Origin: Candidatus Latescibacterota bacterium
GTDB taxonomy: Bacteria; Latescibacterota; UBA2968; UBA8231
DNA: 64,000 nt
Assembly (NCBI GenBank): GCA_965223905.1
Contig: CBDCXV010000011.1
Location: 1,440,001-1,504,000 of the forward strand
Reading direction: 5' to 3'
This document shows positions 38,570 through 48,819 of the stretch, one piece after another. Position numbers and translations under genes: made by a program. Position 1 is the first letter of the stretch. Every line of letters starts with the position of its first letter. The notes under the pieces are model-generated. The model made no database searches, was not told the origin of the DNA, and worked only from the letters and a program-made list of their open reading frames with translations.

Positions 38570-39712
38570 CTACCTGTTCCCCGCCTCGCGGGCGAGCACC
38601 TTCACCGCCTCGACCAAAGCCTCGATCTCCTCCTCGCTGGTGTAGAAGGCGATGGAGATGCGGACCCCGGTCGGCTCGGTCATGCAGGTGGCTCGCTGCA
38701 CGATCTGCCAGCGGGTCCTCAGCGCCTTGTCGAGGTCGCCGCCGTCCATGCCTTCGATGGCGAAGGTGACGATGCCGGTCTGGGAGTCGGGTCGACGCGA
38801 GCTGACCACGACGGCGCCCGGCACCTCGTCGAGGCCCGCCTTGAGCAGGTCGGTCTTGCGCACGCACTCCCGCCGCACCGCCTCGACGCCGCCGATGCTC
38901 TCGATGAAATCGATGGCGGCTCCCACCCCGGCGTAGAGGGCGTGGGCGGGGTTGCCCAACCTGTACTGGCCGGCGCCGCCCCCGGGACTGTGGGGATGCA
39001 CGAGGGGCTTGAGCTTCTGCTGCGCCTCCCTGCTCACGTACAGAAAACCGGTCCCCATCGGACCGAGCAGCCACTTGTAGCAGTTGGAGGCGTAGAAGTC
39101 GCAGCCCATTCCGTCGAGATGCACGGGGATCTGCGCGGTCGAGTGGCATCCGTCCCACAGCGTCAGGATCTCCCGCTCGCGCGCCAGTTTGCAGATCTCT
39201 GCGGCCGGCACCGCCAGGCCGGTGTCGGTGGTGACGTGGCTCATGCAGATCATCCGGGTGCGCGGCGTCAGGGCCTCCTCGGTGCGCGCCAGCATCACCG
39301 CGGGATCGTGGTCGATCTCGACGACCTTGAGAACCACCCCCTCCCGCTGCTGGAGACCGAGCACGGCCCGGTGCGGAACCGGGTGCTCTTCGCTGGATAT
39401 CACCACCTCGTCCCCCGGCTCCCAGGACAACCCGGCGATCGCCGCGGCGTACCCGTCCGCGGTGCTGATGGTGAGGGCGATCTCCTCGGTCTCCGCCCCG
39501 AGGAAGGCCGCCAGCTTCCCCCGCGCCACCTCGGCCGACTGGCACATCAGGGAATGCCACTCGATCGGCGGCACGTGCTCTTCGTAGAGCCTGTTGAAAC
39601 CGGTTTCGATCGCATCCCGCACCTCGTTGGAGGGCAGACCGACCCCGCCGGTGTTCAGCTGAATGCCGCTCTGCAGGCCGGGATAGTGGGTGCGGATCTC
39701 TTCGAGGTTCAC
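38570..39712 (-). CDS. Class V PLP aminotransferase
   Basis: LNTGGVG, WDGCHS, NCYKWLLGP, VRISIAFY. Confidence 0.88.
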   Translation of the reverse strand: MNLEEIRTHYPGLQSGIQLNTGGVGLPSNEVRDAIETGFNRLYEEHVPPIEWHSLMCQSAEVARGKLAAFLGAETEEIALTISTADGYAAAIAGLSWEPGDEVVISSEEHPVPHRAVLGLQQREGVVLKVVEIDHDPAVMLARTEEALTPRTRMICMSHVTTDTGLAVPAAEICKLAREREILTLWDGCHSTAQIPVHLDGMGCDFYASNCYKWLLGPMGTGFLYVSREAQQKLKPLVHPHSPGGGAGQYRLGNPAHALYAGVGAAIDFIESIGGVEAVRRECVRKTDLLKAGLDEVPGAVVVSSRRPDSQTGIVTFAIEGMDGGDLDKALRTRWQIVQRATCMTEPTGVRISIAFYTSEEEIEALVEAVKVLAREAGNR

Positions 39713-39740
39713 GGGCAGCGTCCTCCTTTTCGATTCACTG

Positions 39741-40554
39741 TCATTCTCCCATTTCGTCGAGCAGCCGCTGCACCACCTTCTTGCGGTGCAGGAACGAGGC
39801 CGGCTTCTTGAGCTCGTACAGGTCGGGTGAAATGCGGTCGCGGTACTCCTCCATGGGACCGCCCCCTGGCGACCAGGATGCGTACGAAGTCGTGTAGCGC
39901 ACAAAGGCGGTGGTGCGCGGGCTCTCCTCCGTCCACCTGCGGGCGCCGTGGCAGAGCGCTTCCGTGAACAGCACCGCGTCCCCGGCCCGCACCGCCGGGT
40001 TGGCGACCAGGGGCGGCCCGTCGTAGATGGTGACGCGGTCCGGCTTGGGAAAGTGGGCCTTGTGGCTTCCCGGGATGCAGACGAAGCCGGTGCCGGCCGG
40101 CACGTCGACCAGGGAGACGCCGGCGTTGAGGAAGGTGGCGAATATCCTGCCGTCGGCCGCCTGGTAGTCGTTGGCCGGGTGGTGGATGCCGCCGCTGACG
40201 CCGCCGTGGAAGGGCAGGTCGTCCGTCTCCCTGGTGTTCCGCGCCAGGCCGGTGCCGGCGTGCTGCGGGCAGTTGTCGGTCAGGACCAGCACCACCTGCA
40301 TGATCTCCCGGTTGAGCACCAGCCGCTCGAACACCTCGTCGGCGTACTCGGCCTGGAAGATGGAACGGGGGCTGGTCGGTTTCGTGCTGGCGTCGCGGTA
40401 GGTCGACAGGGGCGGGGGCAGCTCGCCCTCCTCCAGGGCGTGCCACTCGTCGGCGAGCCGCAGCATCCCGGCGACGTCCTCCGGGGATACCGCGTTCCGC
40501 AGCACCAGGTAACCCCTGGATGTCGAAATGCCATTTTTCCTCTTCGGTCAGCAC
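39741..40554 (-). pseudogene. PhyH-family dioxygenase with frameshift near 40515
   Basis: VLTEEEKWHFDIQG, then a shift to YLVLRNAVS; LPFHGG, IPGSHK, EALCHG. Confidence 0.75.
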
Positions 40555-40795
40555 GGGTCCTCTTTCTTCGGGGGCTGTCCTGGTCGGAAAGGAACCGCGA
40601 TAAGGGCGGGACCGCCCGGGGCGCTCGCGTACCGGCGGACAGGACGCGCGTAATCTGGCCAGACAGGGCCTGCGGCGCCACCGGGGGGGCCCGGGTTCCC
40701 CGCCGCGCCTGCGACATTTTGACCATGATTTGCAGGGCCAGTACCTTGCGGAGAAACAGCAAACTGCCCCTCTTGCAGACCGCTTCGACATAAGC

Positions 40796-41632
40796 TTGAA
40801 CACGAACTTCGATTCCTACATCGAGGCCTGGCGGGAGCGCCTGAGCCGCGAGACCGCCGAACTGGACGAGTCGCTTGCTCAGGCCCGCGCCAATGCGAGC
40901 GCCTGTGCCGCGCTGCTGGTGGAGAAGTTCGGTGCCTCCGAGGTGTATCTCATCGGCTCCGTCAGCGGCGCGGGGCGCTTCCACGAGAGATCCGACATCG
41001 ACCTCTGCGTCCGGGGCCTCGACTCGCATCGCTATCTCCAGGCCCTGTCCGAAGCGGCTGAAATCGCCGGGCGGGACGTCGACCTCATACTCATCGAGGA
41101 GGCCCCCCCGGAGCTGGTCCGCGGCACGCAACGGGAAGGAGTTCTACTCCCCCGGAAGTTCCTGCTTCTCAAGGCTGACATCGACCGGGAAATTGCGCAG
41201 ATCGAGCGCCTGCTCGCCGAATCCCGAAGCGACCTGGGCGGCGTGGGAGGAATCCCGAGCCGCCTGGAGGTGCGCGGGGTTGCGAGCGTACTTCACGATT
41301 TCTATTCGGGGATCGAGCGCGTATTCGAGCGCATCGCGGTCGAGCTGGACGAGGAGCTGCCTCGAGGGGGGGACTGGCACAGCCAGCTCCTGAACCGGAT
41401 GGAGGAAGATGTCGAGGGTGTCCGCCCCCGGGTCCTGACCTCCGGCATGGCCGAACGGCTGCGGCCCTTTCTGCGTTTCCGCCAGCTGTTCCGGAACATC
41501 TACGGCGGACAGCTGCGCTGGGAGCGCAGCACCGAGCTGCTTCAAGAGGCGGATGAAGTGTGGCCGCTATTCAAGCAGCAGACAGAGGAGTTCAAGGGCG
41601 TGCTGGCGCAGCTTCACGACGGCTGCCAGTGA
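40796..41632 (+). CDS. Fused MNT nucleotidyltransferase + HepT-like HEPN protein
   Basis: YLIGSV...SDIDL...VDL (MNT), then LHDFYSGIE...GDWHSQLL...FRQLFRNIYG (HEPN) in one frame. Confidence 0.8.
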   Translation: MNTNFDSYIEAWRERLSRETAELDESLAQARANASACAALLVEKFGASEVYLIGSVSGAGRFHERSDIDLCVRGLDSHRYLQALSEAAEIAGRDVDLILIEEAPPELVRGTQREGVLLPRKFLLLKADIDREIAQIERLLAESRSDLGGVGGIPSRLEVRGVASVLHDFYSGIERVFERIAVELDEELPRGGDWHSQLLNRMEEDVEGVRPRVLTSGMAERLRPFLRFRQLFRNIYGGQLRWERSTELLQEADEVWPLFKQQTEEFKGVLAQLHDGCQ

Positions 41633-42092
41633 AGGAGTCCCTCCTCATCCGGCGGGGCGGTTCACTCACCCCGGCAAACACGCAGTAGGCGCCCCAGGCG
41701 CTGTCGACGTAGAGATCGAGGCTTCGGTACCCGGTGCCGCCGAAGTGCACGAGCAGGCGCCGGCTGCCGTCGGGATGCGCGAAGGGCTCGTGCGGCCAGA
41801 CGATAGGGCGATGCCGCTGCGCGTCCGGGTGCTGCTCGCCGAAGCAGACCGCCTCTTCCGGAGTCGGCCGCCGCAGTCCGCGCCTGTGGAGCTCGGCGAC
41901 TCCTTCTGCCGAGGTGGCGATCCGCCCGAGGCCGACCAGCTCGACAGCGACCTCCGCCTGCGGCCGCGGCACCAGCGGAAAGTTCTCCTGGTCGATGAAG
42001 GAGTGCACCCCGTCGTAGCCGCCGGCGCGCACGATCTCGTCCATCGTGCGGCTGCCGCCGACCCTCACCGGAAACCGCCTTGCTTCCGTCAT
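41592..42092 (-). CDS. Hypothetical protein
   Basis: Coupled downstream of the PKD gene; AGGYD..I.QENFP, GLRRPTPEEA..FGEQHP..QR..PIV pattern. Confidence 0.6.
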   Translation of the reverse strand: MTEARRFPVRVGGSRTMDEIVRAGGYDGVHSFIDQENFPLVPRPQAEVAVELVGLGRIATSAEGVAELHRRGLRRPTPEEAVCFGEQHPDAQRHRPIVWPHEPFAHPDGSRRLLVHFGGTGYRSLDLYVDSAWGAYCVFAGVSEPPRRMRRDSFTGSRREAAPARP

Positions 42093-42109
42093 GCCGCGAC
42101 CTGCCGCGG

Positions 42110-43180
42110 TCACTTCACCATCACCTCGTAGACCTTGACGCGCCGGGCCTTTCCCTCGGGGCCCTCGACGTTCAGGGTCACCACGAACGCGCCCGCTTCG
42201 CCGTACTGGTGGATCGGGTGCGGCTCCTCCGAGGTCGTGCCGTCGCCGAAGTCCCACGACCAGGAGTTGATCTCCCCGCGCGAGCGGTCGGTGAAGGCGA
42301 CCATGCGGCGGTCCATGTCCACGACGGTGTATTCGTACTCCGCCTCGAGCGACTTCAGGTGCTCAGGTTCCAGCGGCATCAGCCGGAAGGCGCACAGGTT
42401 CGAGGCGTTGTTGTCCATGCGGGTCTCGTGGGAGAGGTTCCAGAACCCCTCGTACTGGGTGTGATCCTCGTCGTAGTCGAGGATCGACCAGGAGAGCGCG
42501 ATCAGGCCGTTCTCGACAAGCTGCGAAACGCTGGCCCGCTCCGGCCCGTCGTAAGGGGCGTAGTCGAACGGGGTGATCCAGCACTCGAGCACGAGGTTGC
42601 CGCTCTCCCCCTCCTTGAAGTCGTAGGAATAGGCATGGTTGGCGTACGGGAGCTTGCCGATCCAGGGCTGGCAGCCCCAGACGAAGACCCAGTCCCGCCC
42701 CTCCCCGGGGGGCGTGAAGATGTGGTAGTTCTGGGCGTGCACCCCCTTGAACAGGAAGTGGCTCTCCCAGGGGTCATCGATCTGCGGGTTTGTGATGTTC
42801 GGCCCCCCCGAGCGGTCGGCGTCGACGGCTATCTCGAAGAGGTCGCCGCGGGCGTAGTACATGTTCCAGAAATCGTCGTACGCCTCGTACAGAAAGTAGA
42901 GGCGGTTGAGGCCGTTGACCCAGCCGACGCGCACCCTGACATCGAGGTCCTCCGGGTCGTGGTTGGTCCCCTTCCCCATCACCGTGTCCTTCAACTGGTC
43001 GGTGCCGTAGACGTACTCCTCGGGGACCATCTCCCAGTCGTCGGTGCTGCCGTCGATGCGGGGGATCATGTCCGCGGGAAACTGGAAGATTTTGAACTCG
43101 GTGTCGGTGCGCTGCAGCGCCTCGGAAGCGGTCGTGCCGAGCAACAGGGCCGCCAGCATGCAGAGTACTTGCTTCATCAA
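42110..43180 (-). CDS. Secreted protein: sugar-binding/DOMON-like N-domain plus PKD domain
   Basis: Signal peptide MMKQVLCMLAALLLGTTASEA; PRIDG..DDW; PKD motif SWSWDFGDG. Confidence 0.8.
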   Translation of the reverse strand: MMKQVLCMLAALLLGTTASEALQRTDTEFKIFQFPADMIPRIDGSTDDWEMVPEEYVYGTDQLKDTVMGKGTNHDPEDLDVRVRVGWVNGLNRLYFLYEAYDDFWNMYYARGDLFEIAVDADRSGGPNITNPQIDDPWESHFLFKGVHAQNYHIFTPPGEGRDWVFVWGCQPWIGKLPYANHAYSYDFKEGESGNLVLECWITPFDYAPYDGPERASVSQLVENGLIALSWSILDYDEDHTQYEGFWNLSHETRMDNNASNLCAFRLMPLEPEHLKSLEAEYEYTVVDMDRRMVAFTDRSRGEINSWSWDFGDGTTSEEPHPIHQYGEAGAFVVTLNVEGPEGKARRVKVYEVMVK

Positions 43181-43341
43181 CTGTTAGCTCCTTTCGGTGT
43201 TCCTGTGGGATGACTCGCGGGGATTTCAATCTGGTTCCAGGCTGTCTATTTAATCGATCCGGAGGCGTACAAGATAACGCAGGGCAGCCGCACTTTTCGC
43301 CGCGGATGCCGCCGCCCAAATGCAAATGCTGGCACCACACC

Positions 43342-44553
43342 TCAGGTAGGTGTGCCCGCGGACCGGACTTCGCAACGAAGGGCGCGAACCCTTACCGCCA
43401 GTTCGCGGATGCGCGCCTGCAGATCGCCGATCATCCCCGACAGGTCGAGCGCGGCGACTTCGAGTCGTTTCCCGGCGTGACGAACCTGATGCACTACATC
43501 CTCCGCTTCGCCCCCGGCATAAACAAGCAGGCCCCCCGGCAGATCCAACGCGGTGGCATAGGCGAGAAGCTGGTACAGGTCGGCGTTGGGGACACGCTCA
43601 TCCTGGACCCGCTTGTACTTGGCATCACCGACGAATCTGCAGGTACGGCCGTCCCACCACGACAGGTCGGGCTTCAACGCGACTCTTCCCCTCTCGTCGA
43701 GGAAGACTCCGGATTTCTCCTCGTCGGACCGGAACGTCCGTTCCGAAAGGCCCAGTTCGTCGCGGAGAGCCCGAGTCACGAATTCCTGGAACACTTCGTT
43801 CATGTCCATCAGGAAACCTGCTGCCCGAACGGTGCCGCGTCCGACTTCGATGGCGGCGTAACGCAGGATGAGCCGTGCCAGGGTCACGACCTCCCGGTAG
43901 TGCTCGTTCAGCCGGTCGAACGCGACCTCCGGGACAGCGTTCGGCGGGAACTCTTCGAGGCTCACGTTGTCGAGCCTGGCGCCGATCCCGGCCAGCGCGG
44001 TACGGGACCGGGGACGGATGCGCAGCCGGCCGAGACTCGCGGCCGCGGCCTTCACCAGCCTGTTGGCCAGCACATCCTCCGTGAAGTCGTCGTAACGGAC
44101 TTCGATCGGCACCGGGAGAACGAAGCGCCGGCGAAGCTGCTCGCCGATGCGGATTCGCCCGCGGACCGTGTGCAGGGCCTCTTCCCTGATTTGATAGCCG
44201 TGGAGCAGCCCACCCGCAAACGCCCGCTGCGCCGCGGAGACGAGCGCGGGGGCCAGCGCTTCGACCAGGGTAGGTGCATCCTCGAAGTCGAAACGGTCCT
44301 CCCGGAAACGGATCCCGTCCATTGCGAAAGAAGCCAGGTAGAGCACGCGCGCGATCGGCAGCTTGGGACGGATTGCGACCGAGAGATCGCCGATTTCGAG
44401 CGCGCCTATGGTGGAACCGGGCGTCAGGTGGTACTCGTTCTTCGTCCCGGCTGCCGGCTCGACAGTGAGGATGTCGAGAAGCGCGTCTCGTTGGGAAGCT
44501 GAAAGCTGTACCGCTTCGCTTTTCTCGTGCTCCTTCAGGTCAAGCTTCGTCAT
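43342..44553 (-). CDS. mcrC: McrC nuclease subunit
   Basis: IRPKLP, FLMDMNEVFQEFV, LKPDL...VGDAKYK, DLYQLLAY. Confidence 0.9.
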   Translation of the reverse strand: MTKLDLKEHEKSEAVQLSASQRDALLDILTVEPAAGTKNEYHLTPGSTIGALEIGDLSVAIRPKLPIARVLYLASFAMDGIRFREDRFDFEDAPTLVEALAPALVSAAQRAFAGGLLHGYQIREEALHTVRGRIRIGEQLRRRFVLPVPIEVRYDDFTEDVLANRLVKAAAASLGRLRIRPRSRTALAGIGARLDNVSLEEFPPNAVPEVAFDRLNEHYREVVTLARLILRYAAIEVGRGTVRAAGFLMDMNEVFQEFVTRALRDELGLSERTFRSDEEKSGVFLDERGRVALKPDLSWWDGRTCRFVGDAKYKRVQDERVPNADLYQLLAYATALDLPGGLLVYAGGEAEDVVHQVRHAGKRLEVAALDLSGMIGDLQARIRELAVRVRALRCEVRSAGTPT

Positions 44554-46141
44554 TGTCCGGAACCCCGCCTTCTTGCTGTTCTTCCTCATCCTGCCTCGTG
44601 GCGCTCTCCCGTCGGAGTCTATCGAGATCGAACTCTGCGCGGGGGTCGCGTTCCCCGTAGAGGCGCTCTTCGATGTAAGGGAGGACATTGTGCTCCCAGA
44701 TCATGCCGGCCTTGTCGTCGTCGAGCCTGTCCTTCTTAATGAAATAGCTCGGCCCGATGGATGCCTGCCGGTCGTCCAGCTTCTCGTTCGCCCGTTCGAC
44801 CGCGTCCGCCACCCAAACCATTTCCGGCGCATGCTTCTCCAGCCAACGCCTGAGCAAGCCCTGTACAGGCGGCCTGTCGGGATGGAACTCCACGAAATGG
44901 AAGCGGCGGCGCAGGGCGAGATCGACGAGGGCGATGGAGCGGTCGGCGGTGTTCATTGTACCGATGATGTAGAGGTTTTTGGGCAGGGCGAAGGACTCGC
45001 TGGAATACTGCAGGTCCATCTCCTCGTCGCGGTACTCAAGCAGGAAGTAGAGCTCGCCGAACACCTTGGCGAGGTTGCCCCGGTTGATCTCGTCGATGAC
45101 GAGGAAGTGGTTGGAATTCCGATCGGACCGGGCCGCTTTGGCCGCCTGGAGCAGAGGTCCGTTTCGCAGTTCGAAGCCGGGGTGTCCGTCGACAAGCCCG
45201 GGCCGGAAGCCCTGGACAAAGTCCTCGAACGCGTAGGACGGATGGAACTGCACCAGCTTGACGCGCTCCTCCGCCCCGGCGAGGCAGCGCGCCAGCTTCC
45301 GCGCGGCGTAAGTCTTGCCGGTGCCCGGCGGTCCCTGAAAGATGACCTGCCGTTTGTCGTCGAGCAGTTTCTCGATATTGCGAAGCTCTTCCACGTCGAA
45401 CAGCAACTCGGCAGCGAGCGCTTGCAGGTTGGGCGCTGGTTCCGTGGAATCCATTGAAACCTCTACCTCCTCATCCCCTGTCTCAGCGTCATCGACATCG
45501 GCTGCATCCGGTTGACTGTCTGCCTGGATTCCCCAAACCACCGACTGGGCCTCAAGAGGATTACTGGGTCTCTCAAGTCCCTTCGAGCGCGCTTTCTCAA
45601 CGAGGAACTCAAGGAAGTTCAAGGCATGCTCGTACCGAGTCCCTTCATCTGCCCTCCGGGGAAGGGAGGGATACCCGGTGAGTTTGTACGCATCGGAAAA
45701 GAGCTGCTCTCTGTAAGGGGGGTATCGATCGGGGTCCATCCCCATCAGCAGCACGGAGATCACGTTCAGGCGGACTCCCGGGCCTTTGATCACCTCCTCG
45801 GGAAACTGGCTGGCGAAAGAGCGGATGCGGGCACCCGGCCCTTGCTCGCCGGCGGACCAGAAGGCTAGCAGCGATGCCGATGCTTCGTCCGTGAATTCAT
45901 CTAGCCAGCGGATGACTTTTTGCCCATTACGCCAGTAGACCAGGTTGTTCCGGTTGTCCCTGATCGCAGCCTTGAGGAGATCGAGCCAACTGCCGTTTCC
46001 CGCGAGCAGGGCGTCCCGGGCGGCCGCCAGGTTTTTTCCTATCTCACGCTTGTAGACTATCTCCTCGTCATCCAGGCGACCGCTGTCGACGTACTGCCGC
46101 ACATCTTCGATGAAGCCGTCCCACTTGTTGTCTTCGGTCAT
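44540..46141 (-). CDS. mcrB: McrB GTPase subunit
   Basis: GPPGTGKT, VQFHPSYAFEDF, IDEINRGN, GTMNTADRS, ALRRRF. Confidence 0.92.
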   Translation of the reverse strand: MTEDNKWDGFIEDVRQYVDSGRLDDEEIVYKREIGKNLAAARDALLAGNGSWLDLLKAAIRDNRNNLVYWRNGQKVIRWLDEFTDEASASLLAFWSAGEQGPGARIRSFASQFPEEVIKGPGVRLNVISVLLMGMDPDRYPPYREQLFSDAYKLTGYPSLPRRADEGTRYEHALNFLEFLVEKARSKGLERPSNPLEAQSVVWGIQADSQPDAADVDDAETGDEEVEVSMDSTEPAPNLQALAAELLFDVEELRNIEKLLDDKRQVIFQGPPGTGKTYAARKLARCLAGAEERVKLVQFHPSYAFEDFVQGFRPGLVDGHPGFELRNGPLLQAAKAARSDRNSNHFLVIDEINRGNLAKVFGELYFLLEYRDEEMDLQYSSESFALPKNLYIIGTMNTADRSIALVDLALRRRFHFVEFHPDRPPVQGLLRRWLEKHAPEMVWVADAVERANEKLDDRQASIGPSYFIKKDRLDDDKAGMIWEHNVLPYIEERLYGERDPRAEFDLDRLRRESATRQDEEEQQEGGVPDNDEA

Positions 46142-46438
46142 GGTTCCCTCCTCGAAGCCGGACTGCACTTGCCGCGCAGTCGGCCAGGTTTTGGTTGTTT
46201 CCAGGCGCCATGCCGTCTCACCCACTCCCTGAGCAACCGGCGCGAATCCTGCCAGGGATAACAGCTTTTTGAAACAATCGGGTCAAGCGAGATTGTGTTG
46301 CCGCTGGTGCCGGATGACCCTTGGCGGGATGCGGAGCCCGCCGGCAATAAACCTCGGCGGCCCGCAGCGAAACATTAGATTCCCCGGCGCAACGGTTTTC
46401 CCAACAGACTCATCGGTTCCCCTGCAGAAAGGCTTTAA

Positions 46439-48430
46439 ATGGACACAGGTCTTTTCACCCGTGAGGGCAGGTCCCTCGTCGGGCGCATCGGCAGCCTCGA
46501 GCTCTCCTGGGACCGCCACAAAGGCGGCCGCCTGTCGCTCTCGCACCGCCGCGGCGGTTCCCTCGTGCCGGTCGGCACCTTCTCGATGGAGGCCCGGCTC
46601 GAAGGGGCGGTCCTCCGTTCCGCGGACGACCCGGACCCGCGCCTGATTCCGGTGGAGGCAGGTCCCCACCGTCTCGTCCTCCGCGTCGTGCAGCGCCTGC
46701 GCGACGGCGACGGCATCCACCTCGGCGACGCCATGCAGGAGACCTGGGCCTGGGCCGACGGCCCGGTATACCTGAGCGCCATGCTGCGGCTCGTCCACCC
46801 GGGCAGAGGGGGCCGGCTGCTGGCAGCAGGCGCCAGTCTCCCCTTTGCCGGTGGCTGGAGCCCGGCAGGCGGAGATGGGATCCGCCTGGCCCACGAGAGC
46901 GGACTGCGCACCGCGGTCCTCAGCTACCGCGGCGGCGGACTCTGGGCCTTTCCTCCAGGGGTAGCCGAACCGCAACCCGCGGACGCTCGCAAAGCATGGG
47001 AGCTGGTGGAGCCAAGTGGCCCACCGTTCTACCGCTCCTGGGGCCCGTACTTCGAGCAGTGGGGCAGCCCTGCCGGCTGGTCCTCGCTACGGCTGGAGGA
47101 AGGACCGGCCCTGCGCGCCGCCTGGACGGAAGGGGACCCGTTGGACAGGGAGCCGGTCCAGGGTTTCCACGGGTTGCTCGCCCTTCTATGCGGCGAGGAG
47201 GACGAAGCCGTCGAGCGCCAGGTCCGCTCCTTCGAGCAGCCGCCGACCCCTTCCGTGACCGGGGGAACCGTCCTCTTCCACTCGCCGATGGATGGGTCGA
47301 CCACGGTGCGCAAGACCGCTCCGCGCATGACGGTGACCTACCCGGCCGGCGGGACGGAGGGCCGTGCACGTCTCTGCGTCCGCGGCATCGGTCCCGGTCC
47401 CGCGGTCCGCGTCGGTGGAAGCGAGGCCCTGCCGTTCCCGGTGGCCGGCGGCGGCGTCGACGACGACCCGAACGGCCCCAACCTGGTGCGCCCCGACGAC
47501 CGCCACGGACCGATCCTGACCGACGGGGACCGGGCCCCGGACGAGCTGCTGACCACCTTCGACCTCGCCGCGGGCCGCCAGACCGAAGTGGAGCTGGCCT
47601 CTGCACCGGGCGTGGCGCTGGCAACGCAGAAATGGGACGACCGCCGCAACCTCCTGCTGTTCTCGTCCGCCCAGCCCCGCGGCAACCTCGGCTCCCTTTG
47701 CCTGCGCGACCTGAAGATGCGCGACCTCAAGGTGCCGGGAGATACGGCGCCCTCCATGGCCCGCCTGCCGCTCTACTGGTTCCTCGCCAACGCCAACTCC
47801 GCCCACCACTGCCTCAACGAGCCGAAGTCGGTGGACCTGTTGGAAAACGGCCCGGACGCGGTCCGCCTGCGCATCACCTCCGAAAACCCGGCCGGCACCG
47901 CGGTCTCGGAAATCGACGCGACCATTCCCTACCTCGAGGACCGCCTGCGGTTCGATCTCAGGTGCCGCTTCAGCGCCCGGGAGACCTGGGACGTCGCCGC
48001 AATCCAGTACTGCAATTTCTTCCCCGAAGAGCGCCGCCACCCGCAGGAGTGGGGCACCGACCGCGTCCTGGTGATCTCCTCCGACGGGCAGCGGATGCTC
48101 GTCGACCACCGCGGCGCCGGGGAGCAGCGCATCCTGTCGGGCGAGAAGTTCCAGCAGTACGAGGGGAACCTGTTCGTCGCCCTCTACGGGGGGCCGCGCG
48201 GCGACATCCTGGCCCTGAGCCGGCCCCGCGGGATTCCCGGGGCGCGCCAGGAGTACGTGCTCTGCGAGTGCTGGCTCGACAATCACCTCAACCTCGGCTC
48301 CACGTCGGAGACGATCGCCGCCGGCACCTGCTGGGAGATGGACCTGACCCTGCTGCTGACCCGCCCCACCAGCGTCGACGAGGATATCGAGGCCCTCGGC
48401 CGCCGGGCCCTGGAAGCCGGGGAGCTGTGA
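46439..48430 (+). CDS. Hypothetical protein (663 aa)
   Basis: Long ORF with host-like codon usage; no motif recognised. Confidence 0.7.
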   Translation: MDTGLFTREGRSLVGRIGSLELSWDRHKGGRLSLSHRRGGSLVPVGTFSMEARLEGAVLRSADDPDPRLIPVEAGPHRLVLRVVQRLRDGDGIHLGDAMQETWAWADGPVYLSAMLRLVHPGRGGRLLAAGASLPFAGGWSPAGGDGIRLAHESGLRTAVLSYRGGGLWAFPPGVAEPQPADARKAWELVEPSGPPFYRSWGPYFEQWGSPAGWSSLRLEEGPALRAAWTEGDPLDREPVQGFHGLLALLCGEEDEAVERQVRSFEQPPTPSVTGGTVLFHSPMDGSTTVRKTAPRMTVTYPAGGTEGRARLCVRGIGPGPAVRVGGSEALPFPVAGGGVDDDPNGPNLVRPDDRHGPILTDGDRAPDELLTTFDLAAGRQTEVELASAPGVALATQKWDDRRNLLLFSSAQPRGNLGSLCLRDLKMRDLKVPGDTAPSMARLPLYWFLANANSAHHCLNEPKSVDLLENGPDAVRLRITSENPAGTAVSEIDATIPYLEDRLRFDLRCRFSARETWDVAAIQYCNFFPEERRHPQEWGTDRVLVISSDGQRMLVDHRGAGEQRILSGEKFQQYEGNLFVALYGGPRGDILALSRPRGIPGARQEYVLCECWLDNHLNLGSTSETIAAGTCWEMDLTLLLTRPTSVDEDIEALGRRALEAGEL

Positions 48431-48507
48431 TCCAGGCCAGGGGAAACCGCTGCATGACCGGCACGTCGACCGGCCGGCAGGGGCTCGTTCGCGGGTTCCA
48501 GCGGTCC

Positions 48508-48704
48508 TCAGATCTCGCCGATCACCGCTGCGAGGGTGCGGTGGCGAACATGTACAGCCGGTCCTCGTAGTGGTGGATAACCATGTTCACCCCGTTCGCC
48601 CTCAGCGCTTCGGCGACCCCGGGCCACAGCTCGCGGTGGGCCTTCCTGTACTCGTCGGAGCCGCCCGGCTTCAACTTGAAGGTCTGTCCGGTCCAATACA
48701 TCAT
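48508..48704 (-). pseudogene. L-rhamnose mutarotase-like gene, truncated
   Basis: FKLKPG..DEYRKAHRELWP matches the RhaM N-terminus; stops after about 60 aa. Confidence 0.7.
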
Positions 48705-48819
48705 CCACCTCTCTTTCCCGAGGATTCCGGCGCTTTCCCGATCCTTGGGGGAATCTATATTACCCGCCTTTCGCGGCCCCTTCCAAGGCCGTTCCCCTCG
48801 CTCCGGGAGCCATCTATCC

